A DNA stretch of 64,000 nucleotides from NCBI GenBank assembly GCA_964106915.2, contig OZ066927.1. One strand, written 5' to 3'. This stretch comes from Podarcis gaigeae (lineage: Eukaryota). The notes below the pieces were generated by a model, which was not told where the DNA came from, ran no database searches, and saw nothing but the letters and a program-made list of their open reading frames with translations. Below are positions 1-14,482 of this stretch, in pieces; position 1 is the first letter of the stretch, and each line of letters opens with the position of its first letter. The position numbers were made by a program, and so were the translations under genes.

Positions 1-334
1 AGATCCATGGAAACCCAAGCGCCTTCTTCCACAACTCTACTTTCCAAGCAAACGCAAGAGAATTTTCCGAATAAAATAATATCCCCCCCCTCTCCCGGCG
101 TTTGCTCAATTACCGGTAATCACAAGGCACCTTTGCAATAAATGTGATTCCCCCTCCTCAAAGAAACCCGGGCTGACAAGAGTCCCTTTCCTTGGCCAAA
201 CATATATGTCCTCTTCCCGCATTCTAAAAACGCTTATTCCGAAGTAAATCTCACGAAGTTCAAAGCCGTGGAAGACACTCCCAAGCATATGTGCCGAAGA
301 CCGAAGCATTAGTGGGAGGGCTTATCTCTCATGG

Positions 335-443
335 ATAGTAATAGTAATAATAGTAATAGTAATAGTAATAGTAATATAGTAATATACAGTAGAGATGTCT
401 TAGCAAAGCCCTGCATCTCCAACCCAAGACATTATTTCAAATA

Positions 444-485
<42 letters not shown>

Positions 486-505
486 GCAACTGCAACAACA
501 ACAAC
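335..505. repeat. (TAGTAA)n, (TAA)n and (CAA)n microsatellites
   Basis: Visible directly in the sequence. Confidence 0.9.
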
Positions 506-1083
506 ACTGTTGACATTTCACTCCTAGGGAAGAGATGGGCAAGGGAGATGGAAGGGGAGGGAATGCACATATGTATATAAATATATAAAGTTTTAATGGC
601 ACATCTGACATATTAAATTAGGCAGTTTTACAATTGGGCCCGGCTGCGATGCTAACTGATTACAACTGCGTTATCAAAAGGGCAATACGATTTATAACTT
701 GTCGGGCACGAGCCCGGATGATAAACAATAGCGGAGATCTGGTTTGTATTAGGGAAGAGCGGAAGATCTAAGGGCTAAGCGATGGGCTTGCGCCGCGTTT
801 CATGGGCTGTATAACCGTTCCGTGCAAAAGGAACCGACTTCTCCGTTTTCTTTCTTTCTTCCCACCCCCCTCGCTCCCAAACCCCTTCCAAGAGACTCAC
901 GCAGGGGTCTCCCTCTCTCTCTCCCGAGCCTGTCACCTTCTTAAGCAGAGAGTTATTTACACTCTTGATGCGGGGCTGTTTATTCAAGAGGCCTCGCTTC
1001 GCCCCATCCCAACATTCGAGTTAAAGGGCCCCTTCCCCCAGGATGAGGTTTCACACACTCCGTTGGGGAAGGATGGGGGCAAA

Positions 1084-1140
<57 letters not shown>

Positions 1141-2818
1141 CCCCCATTTGCTTCCTTAGGTGTGCAAAAAAACCAAAGGAAAACAAAACAAAACAAAAAG
1201 CTACCCTGAAAAAACAAACAACCCAGATAATTTCTGCAGCCTTTTCTAAATCCACACCTTTTATTAAATACCAGGCTCGTATTTTCTCAGTCTGTTATTT
1301 TTTTAAAAAAATATAAAACACAACACTCTTAACGCATGTTTACGCAAATTCAGCAACTGTTCTCTTTCGTGGTGTTTACTCTAAGGGACAAGCAGGAAGG
1401 ATCGCAACCTTTTTTCCAAATAAATACCAAAACATTCATTCCTAAACTGGGGCGACGGGGTGGGGGGGCACCTAGAAGTTCCTGTGACAAACAAACAACT
1501 AGGACTAAGCGTTTTTTAAAATGACCGCAACGAGGTAAAAATTTGCCATTAAGTAGACAGCCGCGCTGCGGGAAGCTTAACAGATAGAGGAGAAAATGCG
1601 GACGGAGGGAGGGGATGATCAGAAGCACTTTTCCCCTCTTGTAAACTCCTAGCCTCCCTATTCAATAGACTCTAAGAAGGCCTCCATCTTCGTCAAGAAC
1701 CGTCTCTCTTCTATGTAGACAAGACACGCTCTCTCCCCCTTTCCCCTAAAATATTAATAATAATTCATTGATTTTTGGGTTTCTCGCTGCAGATCAAGCT
1801 CCCAACGCCATTCCTTTAAAGAGCACCTTTTGTTATGAGATTGACAACACACACAAGCACAAAAACGCTTCATCACTTCTTTTAAAAAAATTAAATAACG
1901 CTCTGCAGAAGGATTCCCCCCCCCCCTTTTCTCCAATGGTCGTGGAGCTTAAGAAAGGGATGCTTTTAAAACAAGCTGAGTTCCCAGGTAATTTAGATTC
2001 GGACGTGTACCCTAAGCTGAAAGAGAGCCCCTCTCCGCCCACCCCCTCGCCTTTGCAATACGGATGTCTTCAGTCACGTCTGTCCGCCCCTCTGCGGATA
2101 CCTAATGCCAGACCACCTCAGCAAATCTCTTTTAAGTCCCTTCCCCAAACGGAAGACGATAGGAAAATAAACCTTATCCTAGAAACCAACCCCCAACCCC
2201 TATGCTAGGTTGAAGAGAGGCGAGAAGGCGGGCATTTTCCTCCAAATATCTCCTAGATACCCGCTCAAGCCCTGTCCACAGACTTCCCCACCTAAGTGTA
2301 TAAATGTACTAAGCAAAGTAATTCCACATTTGAAGTGAGTGATCCTGTGACCAAGAATGGATTTCAAGAGGTTGTGGACGGCTTCTATTCACACTGAATT
2401 CCTCTACCCACGGATTAGGAGCATGACATCAAGGGATAGATGCACGTGTGAGCCACCCTATCTGAAAAGCACCTTGAAGCCCAATCTATCTATTTCGAGA
2501 TCTGCTAGAGCGAGAGCGAGAGAGAGAGCATCACAAGTTTAGGCATTTGCAATCCTGTGATGGAGAACTGGACAGTGTAGCTGTGGAGGGTTTGTAATAT
2601 CGCCCCCCTTCAACGTACACATCCTTGCTTCTTTAAATCCACAGCTAACCACTGGACTTGCCTTGACTCGATTGCTGGCTTGGGAGTTTTTGCAGAGAGG
2701 TGCCCCGCTGCCTGCAGCCTTGTGTATGCGTTTAAATACCAGCCTCCTCCTGACTTATTACGAGGATGAAGGGAAAGATCTCTCTCCTCATCACAACGCG
2801 ATTCCTTTTGCTTAGCAG

Positions 2819-2819
<1 letters not shown>

Positions 2820-2886
<67 letters not shown>
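2820..2886. repeat. (CT)n microsatellite, representative of many GA/CT and GT/CA tracts (e.g. 1084-1135, 3409-3478, 5203-5245, 6923-6969, 7107-7149, 24311-24371, 35945-36000, 56524-56568)
   Basis: Visible directly in the sequence. Confidence 0.95.
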
Positions 2887-2889
<3 letters not shown>

Positions 2890-3411
2890 GTACACTTCTG
2901 GGAGACGCCATGTTGGCTGAGTTAATAGGACAACCCAGCTTCAAGGCAATAGTTTCACACGCTTTATCTACTCCCCCTCCCCAAACACACACCGCAAACA
3001 TATTTCCTCCCCTCCCCGCAAAAAAACGCCACGGAGGAGGACGAATCCACTCTTTAAGAGGAACGATCTGCTGTCTCTCCAGTAATTGCTACGGGGTTGG
3101 GGGTGGGGAACCGAGAAAGAGCGTGAGATCTAGAGTCAGACAAGCGGAGTGAATGCAATCCGCAGCGAGTAACCTTTTAAACCGGCCTGCGCGCGAGTTG
3201 CGTGTATGCTACCGCTCGCTGGCGTGCGTTTCAAAGCCTCGATTATTCTCCGCGCGATCCTCGCCCTGTCCTGTCCTAAGGCAAGCTCGATCCCCCAAAC
3301 CTTTATGCTTTAACTTTCGGAATAAGATTCCCCCTCTCCCTTCATCCGGTCCAGTATAGTGAAGTTAATTGCTAGAGGGCAGGACGAAGGAGAGAGAAAA
3401 TTAGAAGGGGT

Positions 3412-3482
<71 letters not shown>

Positions 3483-5200
3483 GGGCGGAAAGAGAGCTTC
3501 TCCCATATGCGCTTTTAATAACATTATTAATAACAATCGTATTTCAAAGGTTCTTTCCCCTTCTGTTCTTTAAGTGGAGAGTCACTTTAATAATTTTACT
3601 TATAATTCCAACACTGGTGCTAGGAAGGTGAAGAACTCAGATTTATTTTTATTTTTAAAAGAAATCCAACCAACCTAGAGAGGGAGGCTTGAGGCAAATC
3701 TCCGGACACTTCAAGAGAAAGAGTTGCTCGTATTTAGCAGCTTTTTATAAGAGCTAGTCAATTTCACATAGGACTCATTCTGAGTCCGGGCCCACTTCCT
3801 TTGTCCGGCTCAATTGCTCGGGGGGAGCTCCTTTGTTCTAAGTCAGCAGGCAAAGAAAAACTTTCCTTAAATGCCATAAACTCACACCTATCTGAAAGCC
3901 TTTAAACAACTCCACCTCGAAGCCTTTCCAAATATATGGATGCATATATGCAGACAGAGAGAGAGGGAAGGGGAATGGAATGGAAAATTTACCGAGGGAG
4001 AAGGAGCAAAGTGGAATGGCGGGGTGGTGGTGGTGGCTGGAACTGGGTTTTTGTTGAACCCCTTTTACATTCAGCTCTTTTCTGCCGCCATCTCTCCAGT
4101 CCAAGCTCGATTAGGAAGTTAACGTGGGGAAGCGAGGGAGCGGAGGGAAAGCAACGCCAAGAGAGACAGGTATATAGAGGAAGAACAACTGAGCAACAGC
4201 CCAGATGTCTGAAGGTTGGGGGGGGGGGAGAGAAGAAGAAAAATCAAGGAATGGCTTTTCTGAGGAGCTGAACATCATTAAGTTGCAATATGCTAGGAAA
4301 CACATTTGCAATAAACGATTGTTTAAGAACAAACACCACCACACACGGAAAGCAAGCAGGCCAAAGGGGGTGAGATCCTTCGAGGTGAAGTTAGAGAAGG
4401 GTTACGTTCCCCCTGTTAAGTTCATTCACAGACACAGACATCCTTTAGAGTAGCAGACAGTAACCAGCACGAAAAGCACCACTAAAACAGGGGGATCACT
4501 CTCATCTCTAAACCAGCAAGCATATTTATCTACGCATATCAAAAGTGCCTTGGGTTCATAAGAAAAAGAATCATTTGCAGCCATTCGCAAAGAGTACACC
4601 CATTCCTCGAAAATAAATAAATAAAAACAATGTCTGGTCCATATGCCTGGAACTGAAGCAAGCCAGAGATGGAGTGTAGTTCACAAACTGGTGGGCTCTT
4701 TCCGTATGTATGTATGTATGTATAGGTCAGAATGTGTGGCTGGGGGTGGGGGCAGAAAGCCTTAGAAGAGGGGACAAGGGGCTGTTTTGAGTACACCCTC
4801 TATACTGCCCTCCTCCCACTCAAATTCACAAGACTTCAGAGTTTTTGTCAACCTGCTTTGGAGAGCTGAAGCGCAGGGAGAGTAAGAAAAGTTGACTGTA
4901 GGAGGGGACAGAGGAAGCGTTTTTGAGTAATTTGAGGGCAACAGATAGTGGAGCCAATAATTTCAGTGGGAATCTGGCCTTTACTCAATATGTTGGGTTG
5001 AAATAAATACACTACTATTTACAGCACAATCTCCTGTGTGCTTCCTTCGGGATAAATCCCATTGTATTCAGCGGGGCTTGCTCCTAACATAGGACTGCAG
5101 CCTGAAGTGCAGCGTCTTTTGGAATCAATCATACTTATTCCTAATTATAGTTAGACTCAGAATGCATTATTATAAGTCCTTCTTTTATAACGCTAGGTGC

Positions 5201-5246
<46 letters not shown>

Positions 5247-5959
5247 CTTGTACATTCTGTCTTATGGTCTGAGAATCTTTGGCTCTCTAAAAGAAAATAA
5301 ATGGTGAGGAAACTATGCAAATCCACTTCTGAGTTGAAAAGATCTCTCAGTGACAACCAGCACACAACAATTCCAGAGTTCTTCTCTATGTCACAGACAT
5401 TGGGATTCAGAGCAAACAACTGACCTACATTTTCAATAATGCCACTTTGCTTGAACCAGATTATATACTCACAATACATACATACATACATGTGTGTGTT
5501 TCTGTGTACGTGTGTGTATATCAGTTCCTATGTAGGCACTTAAGTGTGACAGAATTAACAGGTCATTGCTCTTTTAACCATCCCCTCAGCAGTTATTATT
5601 ACTAGTATTATTTTTTATAATTATCAAGAGGATAAGAGGAAAGGAAATGTTGCCATCTTAGGTTGCAATCCTATGTACTCTACGCACAGGTTGTGAAAAT
5701 TATTTTGGGGCAAACATTGAGGATTAGGTTGGCGACCTCATGAAGCCACAATTAAACCAGGAGCTGAAGCTGGAACATCTCACCATCACCACCAAACCAC
5801 CACAATCTATTTTACAGGAAACACACACAAACAACACCTATTGTGTTGCAAGCCGATTTTGAAGCAGAGTCTATCTATCTATCCAAGGACCAAAACCTCT
5901 TCAACAGAAGAATAAATAGGAATATTTTACCCCAAGACATTTAGGAGAGCCATACAAGG

Positions 5960-6918
5960 TGTCAGATATCAAATAATATTTTAATTTCTGAATACTTTCA
6001 ATTTTTCCTTGGAATATAACACACAAAGACTGGACCAAACAGTTTTCAGTTATTATAACTTTTACAGTATACAGAAATGTTGCACTTAAAAAAAAAACCC
6101 TTCAGCTTTTTTTTCTTTAAAACACAAAAACTGTAAACTCTAAGATACTGAATCAACCACATTATCTATAAGTGCCAACAGTAGTGTTATTTTTTTTGTC
6201 ATGCTGAATTCAATGGTTTTTTTTCTTTTTTCTTTAAAAAAAGGGAAAATATCAACAAGTATTATAATACAAAGAGCTTGCAAATATACAAACAGATAGA
6301 GGAACTTGGTAACAATTTAGGACAACTAGGCGGAACCCAATTTTCATTCAAATTACAAAAAAGTTCACTTTGTGATGAAACCCTATGTGTGGTTTTGTGT
6401 GCGTGTGTGTATGTGTGTTTTCATCAAAACTGTGTTGTGTCTTAGACACAATTCCTTCTCCCTCCAAGAAATACGCATTCCCTTCCAAAATTCATGTTTT
6501 GTCTTTAAAATAGATATATATATATAAAAACCTAGTCAAGGGAAGGTGGGCTTGCGGGTGGGGAAATAGTTGTGGTTCTCTTTTATTCGATCTCAATAAT
6601 TATAGCTGTCGTAGCTTGGAGCTAAATTTTGGCTGACTAGTTGTAAGTGCGCTTCCATCTTTCCTACTATTGTGGGGAATTTTTTTTTTCTCTTTATGTT
6701 CTTCTCATAAACCTTTCTGAGACAGTTTTAATTCTTTCAGAACTTTTTTTTAAAAAGGATACACAGTTGTAGTTGTTTTTTTTTTAAATGAAGGCAAGAT
6801 TATATCAAAATTATTATAGAACCACAGAATAAACTGGTTTGGAACCAGAAAAAATACAAAAAAAAACCCCAAACAAAATCCTATAGGTACACAGACAACA
6901 TAGGACAAATTAATAATT

Positions 6919-6972
<54 letters not shown>

Positions 6973-7102
6973 GTTTCCATTCCATTAATTTTCTCCAGAT
7001 TTCTTTTAAATGCACTTTTAGCAAGAGATTGTGTTTCAAGTTAAACACCCCAGAGAAAAGAAAAAAAGAAAAAAATTCCTTTCCCCTTTTCTTTTAAAAA
7101 AC

Positions 7103-7152
<50 letters not shown>

Positions 7153-7426
7153 AGCAACTTCTGGACAACAGGGGAATTCTTAATTCAGTCTGTAAAAAGT
7201 TCATATCACAAGTCTTTTTTTTTTAATTAGTATTCAGTCCATTCCAATTATTCTCTCTTCATTTTTAGCCAAGATGCAACATCCTTGCTTAGCTGAAGGA
7301 CGTTTAAACAACCGCCAGACCCCAAAGTCACTCGCAAAAATCTTCCGTTCCAAAATTTCCAATTTTTTTTTTCAAATTCTCTCATCTGTGGGTTTGTTTT
7401 TTCCTCTCTCCAACATTTTTTTCCCC
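5960..7426 (-). other. NR2F2: NR2F2 3' UTR (proximal form, end approximate)
   Basis: AU-rich sequence directly after the stop, with CT microsatellites, miRNA seed matches and a candidate ATTAAA signal at 5980-5985. Longer UTR forms cannot be excluded. Confidence 0.6.
5980..5985 (-). terminator. Candidate polyadenylation signal ATTAAA
   Basis: Minus strand reads CAGAAATTAAAATATTATTTG, followed by U/GU-containing sequence, at the end of a unique AU-rich UTR block. Confidence 0.45.
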
Positions 7427-7753
<327 letters not shown>

Positions 7754-9964
7754 TCAGTATCAAACAAGTTATAGTTCACCCTTGGAATGGTTTAAAAACC
7801 AATCCCTCCCCCCACCGCAATCAAAACAATACTAATAATGTAAATAAAATCACTGTAAGGATGAAGTCGTGAGCATTGCAAGATAGACGCTGCTCTTGAA
7901 ATCTTTTGAGACTTGCTTCCTAGCGATTTAAGTCCTGCGGAACTTGGGGGGTCAACGTGCTTTGGGTCGATCTGCTTGTGCGCGCCCAAATCTGCGGATC
8001 TCTCCCTCCAACCCTACAGGCATTTATTTTCCCTTTTGAAAGTCAGGCTCGCTGAGTTCAAGTCTTGGACTTCCGAATAAGCCGCGAGGACATGATTCAG
8101 TCCAAGTTAAGCCCTGCTCAAGCTACAATCCCAAGCACAGAGGAGAGTCATGTTGCAGTCCTGTCTGCACGCTTCCTAGGGAGCCAGTCCAGCAAGATTT
8201 TTCCTCTGAGTAAACACGCGTTTGGATCTTCCTGTTCTTTCTTTCGGTTTCAACAGGAGCACGTGCTCTTTTTTCTTTTTTTAAAAACAATATTCCAAAA
8301 GTCTCCCCTCGGGGCCAGGATTTTGGCCTGAGGTCTTGATTTTAAAATTAGCCCCAAACCTTTCAGTGATCTCACCAGATTTTCACTGCATTGGGATGCG
8401 GGAGTGGGGGGGGGGAGTCTTTTGGCGGCGGGGGTGTATGGAGAAGGAGAAAGATAAGACATGGTCTTTCCTCACAACACACATGCTCGCATTGGGGAAA
8501 TAACTGTGCTGAGTCTAATCTCAAAGGCCAGAAAAGAGAGTTTCATAAAAAAAGAAGAAGGCAGCAGAAACCCACACACGTTAAGAAACTGGCTCAACTC
8601 AGGATAATGGAGCCCCGCACCCAAAAAGCGATTCCCCCCTAAAGGAGACACCGCCGTTTCCCTCAGTCTTTGAAAGTGATTTAAGTGGTCCTTTAAAACT
8701 GATCTTGTCAGTTTAGCCTATTCAAAGGCAACCAAGCAAACTCTGATCGCTCTCTTCATTAGAGCTGTTTCTCTCTCTCCCCTTCTCATTCTCTGTCTCT
8801 CCCACTCCCCTTTCTTTCCTCGCCTTTCTTTCCAATCATACGAATATATACTTTTTATTTTTTAAAAAATGCATCTGTAAGATACGATTTTTAAAAAAGA
8901 AAAAAAACCTGTTTAAAAACAATTTAGAATTCTTGCCACGCTTTGCACTAATATATAGATATATATATTGCCCCACTTTTGACAGGCTAAAATACAATGA
9001 GGTCCCTTTTAATCAGAAGCTGCCTTTGCTCAGGTTGTGACCTTAGCTGGCTGGGCAAAGCACTAACACATGCATATTTTTCAAAGCCATTAGAATCTAG
9101 ATATAGATTCTATAGAAAGCACCAGTAAATATTATACGAAAATTCTCTACATCTAAATAACACATCAGCCCCAGTGCTATTGGGGCGTCTTAGCTGACAA
9201 ATCCCTGCATCCGTTCCCCCCATGTTTTATAACCCCACAAAATCAGATAACAGAAGCTTTATCTAAGCTGGGAAGGCAATTTACATACAGATCCACATTT
9301 TGCAAACAGTCATAAATTTCGCACTTTAGACAACAGCTGAGAGGTTTCCCCCACAAAGGTAACAATATTAATCACACTACTGCAACCCACTACAACACCA
9401 GATTTGAAATCAAATGTTTGGGGTTCATGTGTAGGCCTTAAGAGGCTCAGAGAAGATCTTCAAGAAGGAAATAATGTGTCCTTTTAATAGAGGACACACA
9501 CAAGCACAAGCACACTGTTCCTTTCTAATGCTGCCTCTGATAATTGATCACCTCTGAGTCCAACTAATTTAGGTGGGCAACAAATATTTTTGGCCAGGGG
9601 GTGGGGGCAGGCAGAGGTGTAACTGTGGAAAGCAATAATATATAAAAGGAAGTTCAGGTCACGACCTAAATTTTGGACAATGTCCAGAAAGGCACTTGGT
9701 TTCCTCAGACCTCCCTTAACATAACAAGGACTGGATTGTAAATCCTAATTTTCCCACATAAACTACTGATGCCTCGGCCTATTTCCTCATATCAAAGGTA
9801 TTTTTAAAATGAAAGAAAATATTTTAAAATATAAAAATATACGAAAGCAAATATAATATATTGGTATATATATATACCAATGAGTGATTACTTTACAGAT
9901 CCTGCCTCCATTCATATGGTCATCACATGACCACTACCCAAAGCTGCATCATTACTTACAAGAT

Positions 9965-9995
<31 letters not shown>

Positions 9996-10217
9996 TCACT
10001 ATTTATATTCTGAGAATCTAGCATACTGTTAGAGGCCTGATCCGATGAAATATAATTTTTTAAAAAGAAAGTATGTCTTGAAATAATGTTGCCTCCAGAG
10101 TTAATATCAGATATATTACTCACCCAGGTTGAACCACAGCTAATTAGATTTCATCATGCATTCCATTATTGTTTTATAACTGTAGCGCTATTTATATGCA
10201 GCAGAAAGTTGGCACTG

Positions 10218-10260
<43 letters not shown>

Positions 10261-11295
10261 GTCCCCCCCCCTTCTTTTTTGGCACTTTTGATTGTTTAAC
10301 AGTGCAACTCTACACATCTACTCAGGAGTAAGCTCCACAGAGTTTCATGGGGATTGCTTCCAGCCAACTCTGATAAAGGACTGCAGCCTAAGTGACACTT
10401 TTTCAACATGCATTTCTTTTTTGTCTTTATTTAAAGAGGAGTTAAAACAGAAACCCATAATGTTGCAATTCAGGGACTACAGTTGCAACACTTCTTCACA
10501 TTCCTTATCCCCGCTGCTGTTATGCATGAGCGTTACCACTACCGCTAGGTTTTTGTATAGGGGGCAGCAACTTGAATTCCAAACACACATTCTTGCTTCA
10601 ACTTATTATTATTATCATTATTATTTAAAATACACCTAGCCCCTCTGACCATGGTTTAGACCCACTTTCTCCCCCTTGGCAATCTGCTCCAAGGCCGCCA
10701 GGTCCATGAGAGTTTATTCACCCTCAGTCCTTTCCAGAATGTGATTGATTTGTTTATTGGATACTCTAGTTAGAGCTCCAGCACATATCACCCTCCAATA
10801 TCCCTTTAATTTTAGGATTCTTCTATCTCCTTCGAAGTAGGCTTTCTGCTTGGTTAAGAATTCCACTGGTTATTATATATATCTAAAAAGATCAGATTCC
10901 AGCATACTCTGGTTATTTATCAACTTGCTATGCTTTAACTATATCAACCCAGAGGTTATTTTATTTGAACATTTAGCAAAAGTCTTTATTCCCCCTTCGC
11001 CAACAGCGACTGCACATGGCTCAGTAAAAAAAGTTATTCTGTCCATATTACATTAAAATTGGAGGCAGAATATTTGGAGGGTTTTCCTCCTCGAAATAAA
11101 TCGTCTCTCTCTCTCTCTCTCTCTCTGCTTCAGTGCTAGGCACCCTTGAACTAACACTGGACGCAGCGAGCCTTACTTCCGAGTAAACATGCAATAAATA
11201 GGATGAGAGATGTAATCTGCTCATTGCTACTCCCTCCCCCCCCCAAAAAAAAAACCCCAGTTGCGGTGTTACAAGTTCAATTCCGAATTTTCTCA

Positions 11296-12003
<708 letters not shown>

Positions 12004-14052
12004 TTATTTTTTTATTTTTATTTTTTTTTGGGGGGGGGAGTTTGCTCAGATTCAAGGGTGAATTAAAGAAACTCAGGAGGGTCAAGGAGGTGCAGAGAAG
12101 CTGGGTCTCTCGCTCCCCAAATTGCTGAGAAGACAGCAACTAGCACTTTGGCAAATATGTCAGCGGGTGTCAATCCAAATGTACTTTTTTTGTGGGTCGG
12201 GGAGAAAAGATGGGTGAGGGATCAAAAGCTTGGGGGGGGGATGCAGAAGGCAAAAAAGTAATGCCCCTTCTTTGGCCAAACGAACAGCCAGCGGGCAAAA
12301 CACAACCACAAGCGGCTCTTCCGCCCCCTGCATTCAATCGCCAGACGTATCAAAACACAATTAAAATAAAATACTCGAATTATCTTCTCTCCACATCGCT
12401 ATTTTATTTTTTTTAAGGGAGAAACTGGCAGGCAAGGGCCCCCTCCCCATATTTTCCAAACGCCGCTTTCCCCGAAGAAGGAGAGTTGCTGCTGCTTCCT
12501 TTTTAAAACTACAACACAATCTATATCAAAGGAGGAGAGAGATCAGATTAGAACTGCAGCCACACGCGTCCATAAAATAAAATAATATCAAACAGCACGG
12601 CCTATTGTTACATTTCCTCGCCATTCATTCAGAGGTGGGGGTGGGAGCGAAGCTTTGGAAAACCCCGGGATCGGCTGTTTTTATGGAAAGTGGGCCTCTC
12701 ATTTGGTTCATAAATTTACATGGTGACAAGAAGAGAGAAAATGAAAGAGAGAAAGACCCACAAAAGCGCCGAGGGAGGGGGGTGGAGAAGGAAGACGAGA
12801 ATGTGGACGAGAGAATGTTTTTTATTTTATTTTGCAGGGGCTGGATCTGGCTCCAACGTGGCCCAAGGTGGAGATTGAGCGTTTCAGAGAGCGAAGGAGG
12901 GCACCCTTTAACCCCCAAACATAAGCCAGACACCGGAGGTTGGGAGGAGGGGAGAGGAGGAGGAGGAGGAGGCGAGCGCAACGCCATTAAGGAAGCTACA
13001 GGCTCGCCTTTCCTTGCCCTCTCGGAATCTTCCACCACCGAGCTCCATCTTGCTCACAGAAACCTCCCTGGTTTAAACTCTCTATTTATTTGTGTGTTTC
13101 CTTCCGGTGCTTAAGATCCCCGATCGCTCTCTCCCACTCCCCGCCCACCCCCCCGCAACCCGGCTTGCTCTCCTCCACCCTCCCAACCCCCGGGAAAAAA
13201 GAACTGGAATAATACATAAATGAAATCTTGATTATTATCAGGGGCATAGGCCAAACAGGACCCCGCGCGCGCGTGTTTTGAGAGCGCGAGGGTGAGCTTT
13301 CTCGCCCGGACTGGGGAGGAGAGAAAGCCCCGGGAATTCTTGGAAGAAGCCTCGCAGAATTTCTAACCGAAGGGAACCTCTCTGGCAATTGACTGACTGA
13401 TTGATTATTGGGATTAGCAACGCGGGGAAGGCAGAGAAGTTACAGAGCTACGTCTGAGGTTATCTTGCACGTTGTTTGGGGAGTGGTGGTGCCTACAGAT
13501 CGCTGCGGGCGGTGGAAGGGTGGCCAGGAGCAGAAAGATCCCAGCCAGTCTCTGACCCCCGCCGTTGGACAGAACCTACCCCCCTGGTGCCCATCGAATC
13601 CATTCTAAGGTATAACGCACAGCATTTTCGTGGGGTAGCCATTGTGTTTGGGGCTGGTGGGTTGAGAGGAAAAATAAAATAAAATAAAAATGGAATCTAG
13701 CTTTTTTTGGAATCAACAAGCGGGCCAATGTTTGTCAGGGAAACGCATTCCCCCACCCCCACCCCAGCTCTCACACTCCACACCACGTTTCCTTGCCTGT
13801 TAAACTCACCTAACCCTGCTTTCCCAAGGACAGCACCACACTCCCCATTCCAGGCCATTGCAAAAGAATAGGAAATGTACACAAGCTATGCAATCCCAGA
13901 AAGCAACCCATCTCTAAAATCCACGGCCCTAGTCCTCCTCATCCCACGCTGGTCTCTGTTTACATGCGCACGCAAATCCAGAGACCTCCCGCCCTCTTTC
14001 CCCTCCCCACCGGGGTGGGTTGAGAAGTGGAAAACAAATGAAATTCCAATAC

Positions 14053-14482
14053 CTTCCCGTCTCATTCCAACCTTGAGGCATTTTTTGAGGCGACAATATT
14101 GGCACTGGTTGCGGTGATGTTGGTCAATGGGACAGTTCCGGTTGGCGCGGCACGTGTAGCTGAGGTTCCTGCGGACGCTGCGCTTGAAGAAACTCTTGCA
14201 GCCTTCACACGTGAATTGCCCGTAGTGCTTGCCGCTGGACTTGTCCCCGCACACCACGCACTCGATGTGCTGCTGCTGCTGCTGCTTCTCGCCCTGGCTC
14301 TGCTGGCTGCCTTGGTTGGTCTGCGCGGGCGTGCTGGGAGGGCCCCCTTGGCCCGGCGTCTGCGGGGTGTGCGGGGCGCCCGTCGGGGGTCCCGGCACAG
14401 GGGGCGCTTGCGAAGGCTGCGTTCCTTGCGGGCCGGCCACATCGTCCTGCGGGTCTCGCCACGTGCCAACTACCATTGCCAT
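14053..14482 (-). CDS. NR2F2: NR2F2/COUP-TFII coding exon 1 (N-terminal region plus two C4 zinc-finger DNA-binding domain)
   Basis: ATG at 14482-14480. Translates [12 protein letters not shown]...[74 protein letters not shown] is the NR2F2 form (NR2F1 has LTYTC). Donor AAG|GTATTG at 14053/14052; 430 nt, phase 1. Confidence 0.98.

Noticed and set aside
9091-9881. Short AT-rich palindromes (TAGAATCTA-GATA-TAGATTCTA at 9091; ATTGGTATATATATATACCAAT at 9860)
   Set aside because: Expected in AT/TA-repeat-rich intron DNA; no other support.
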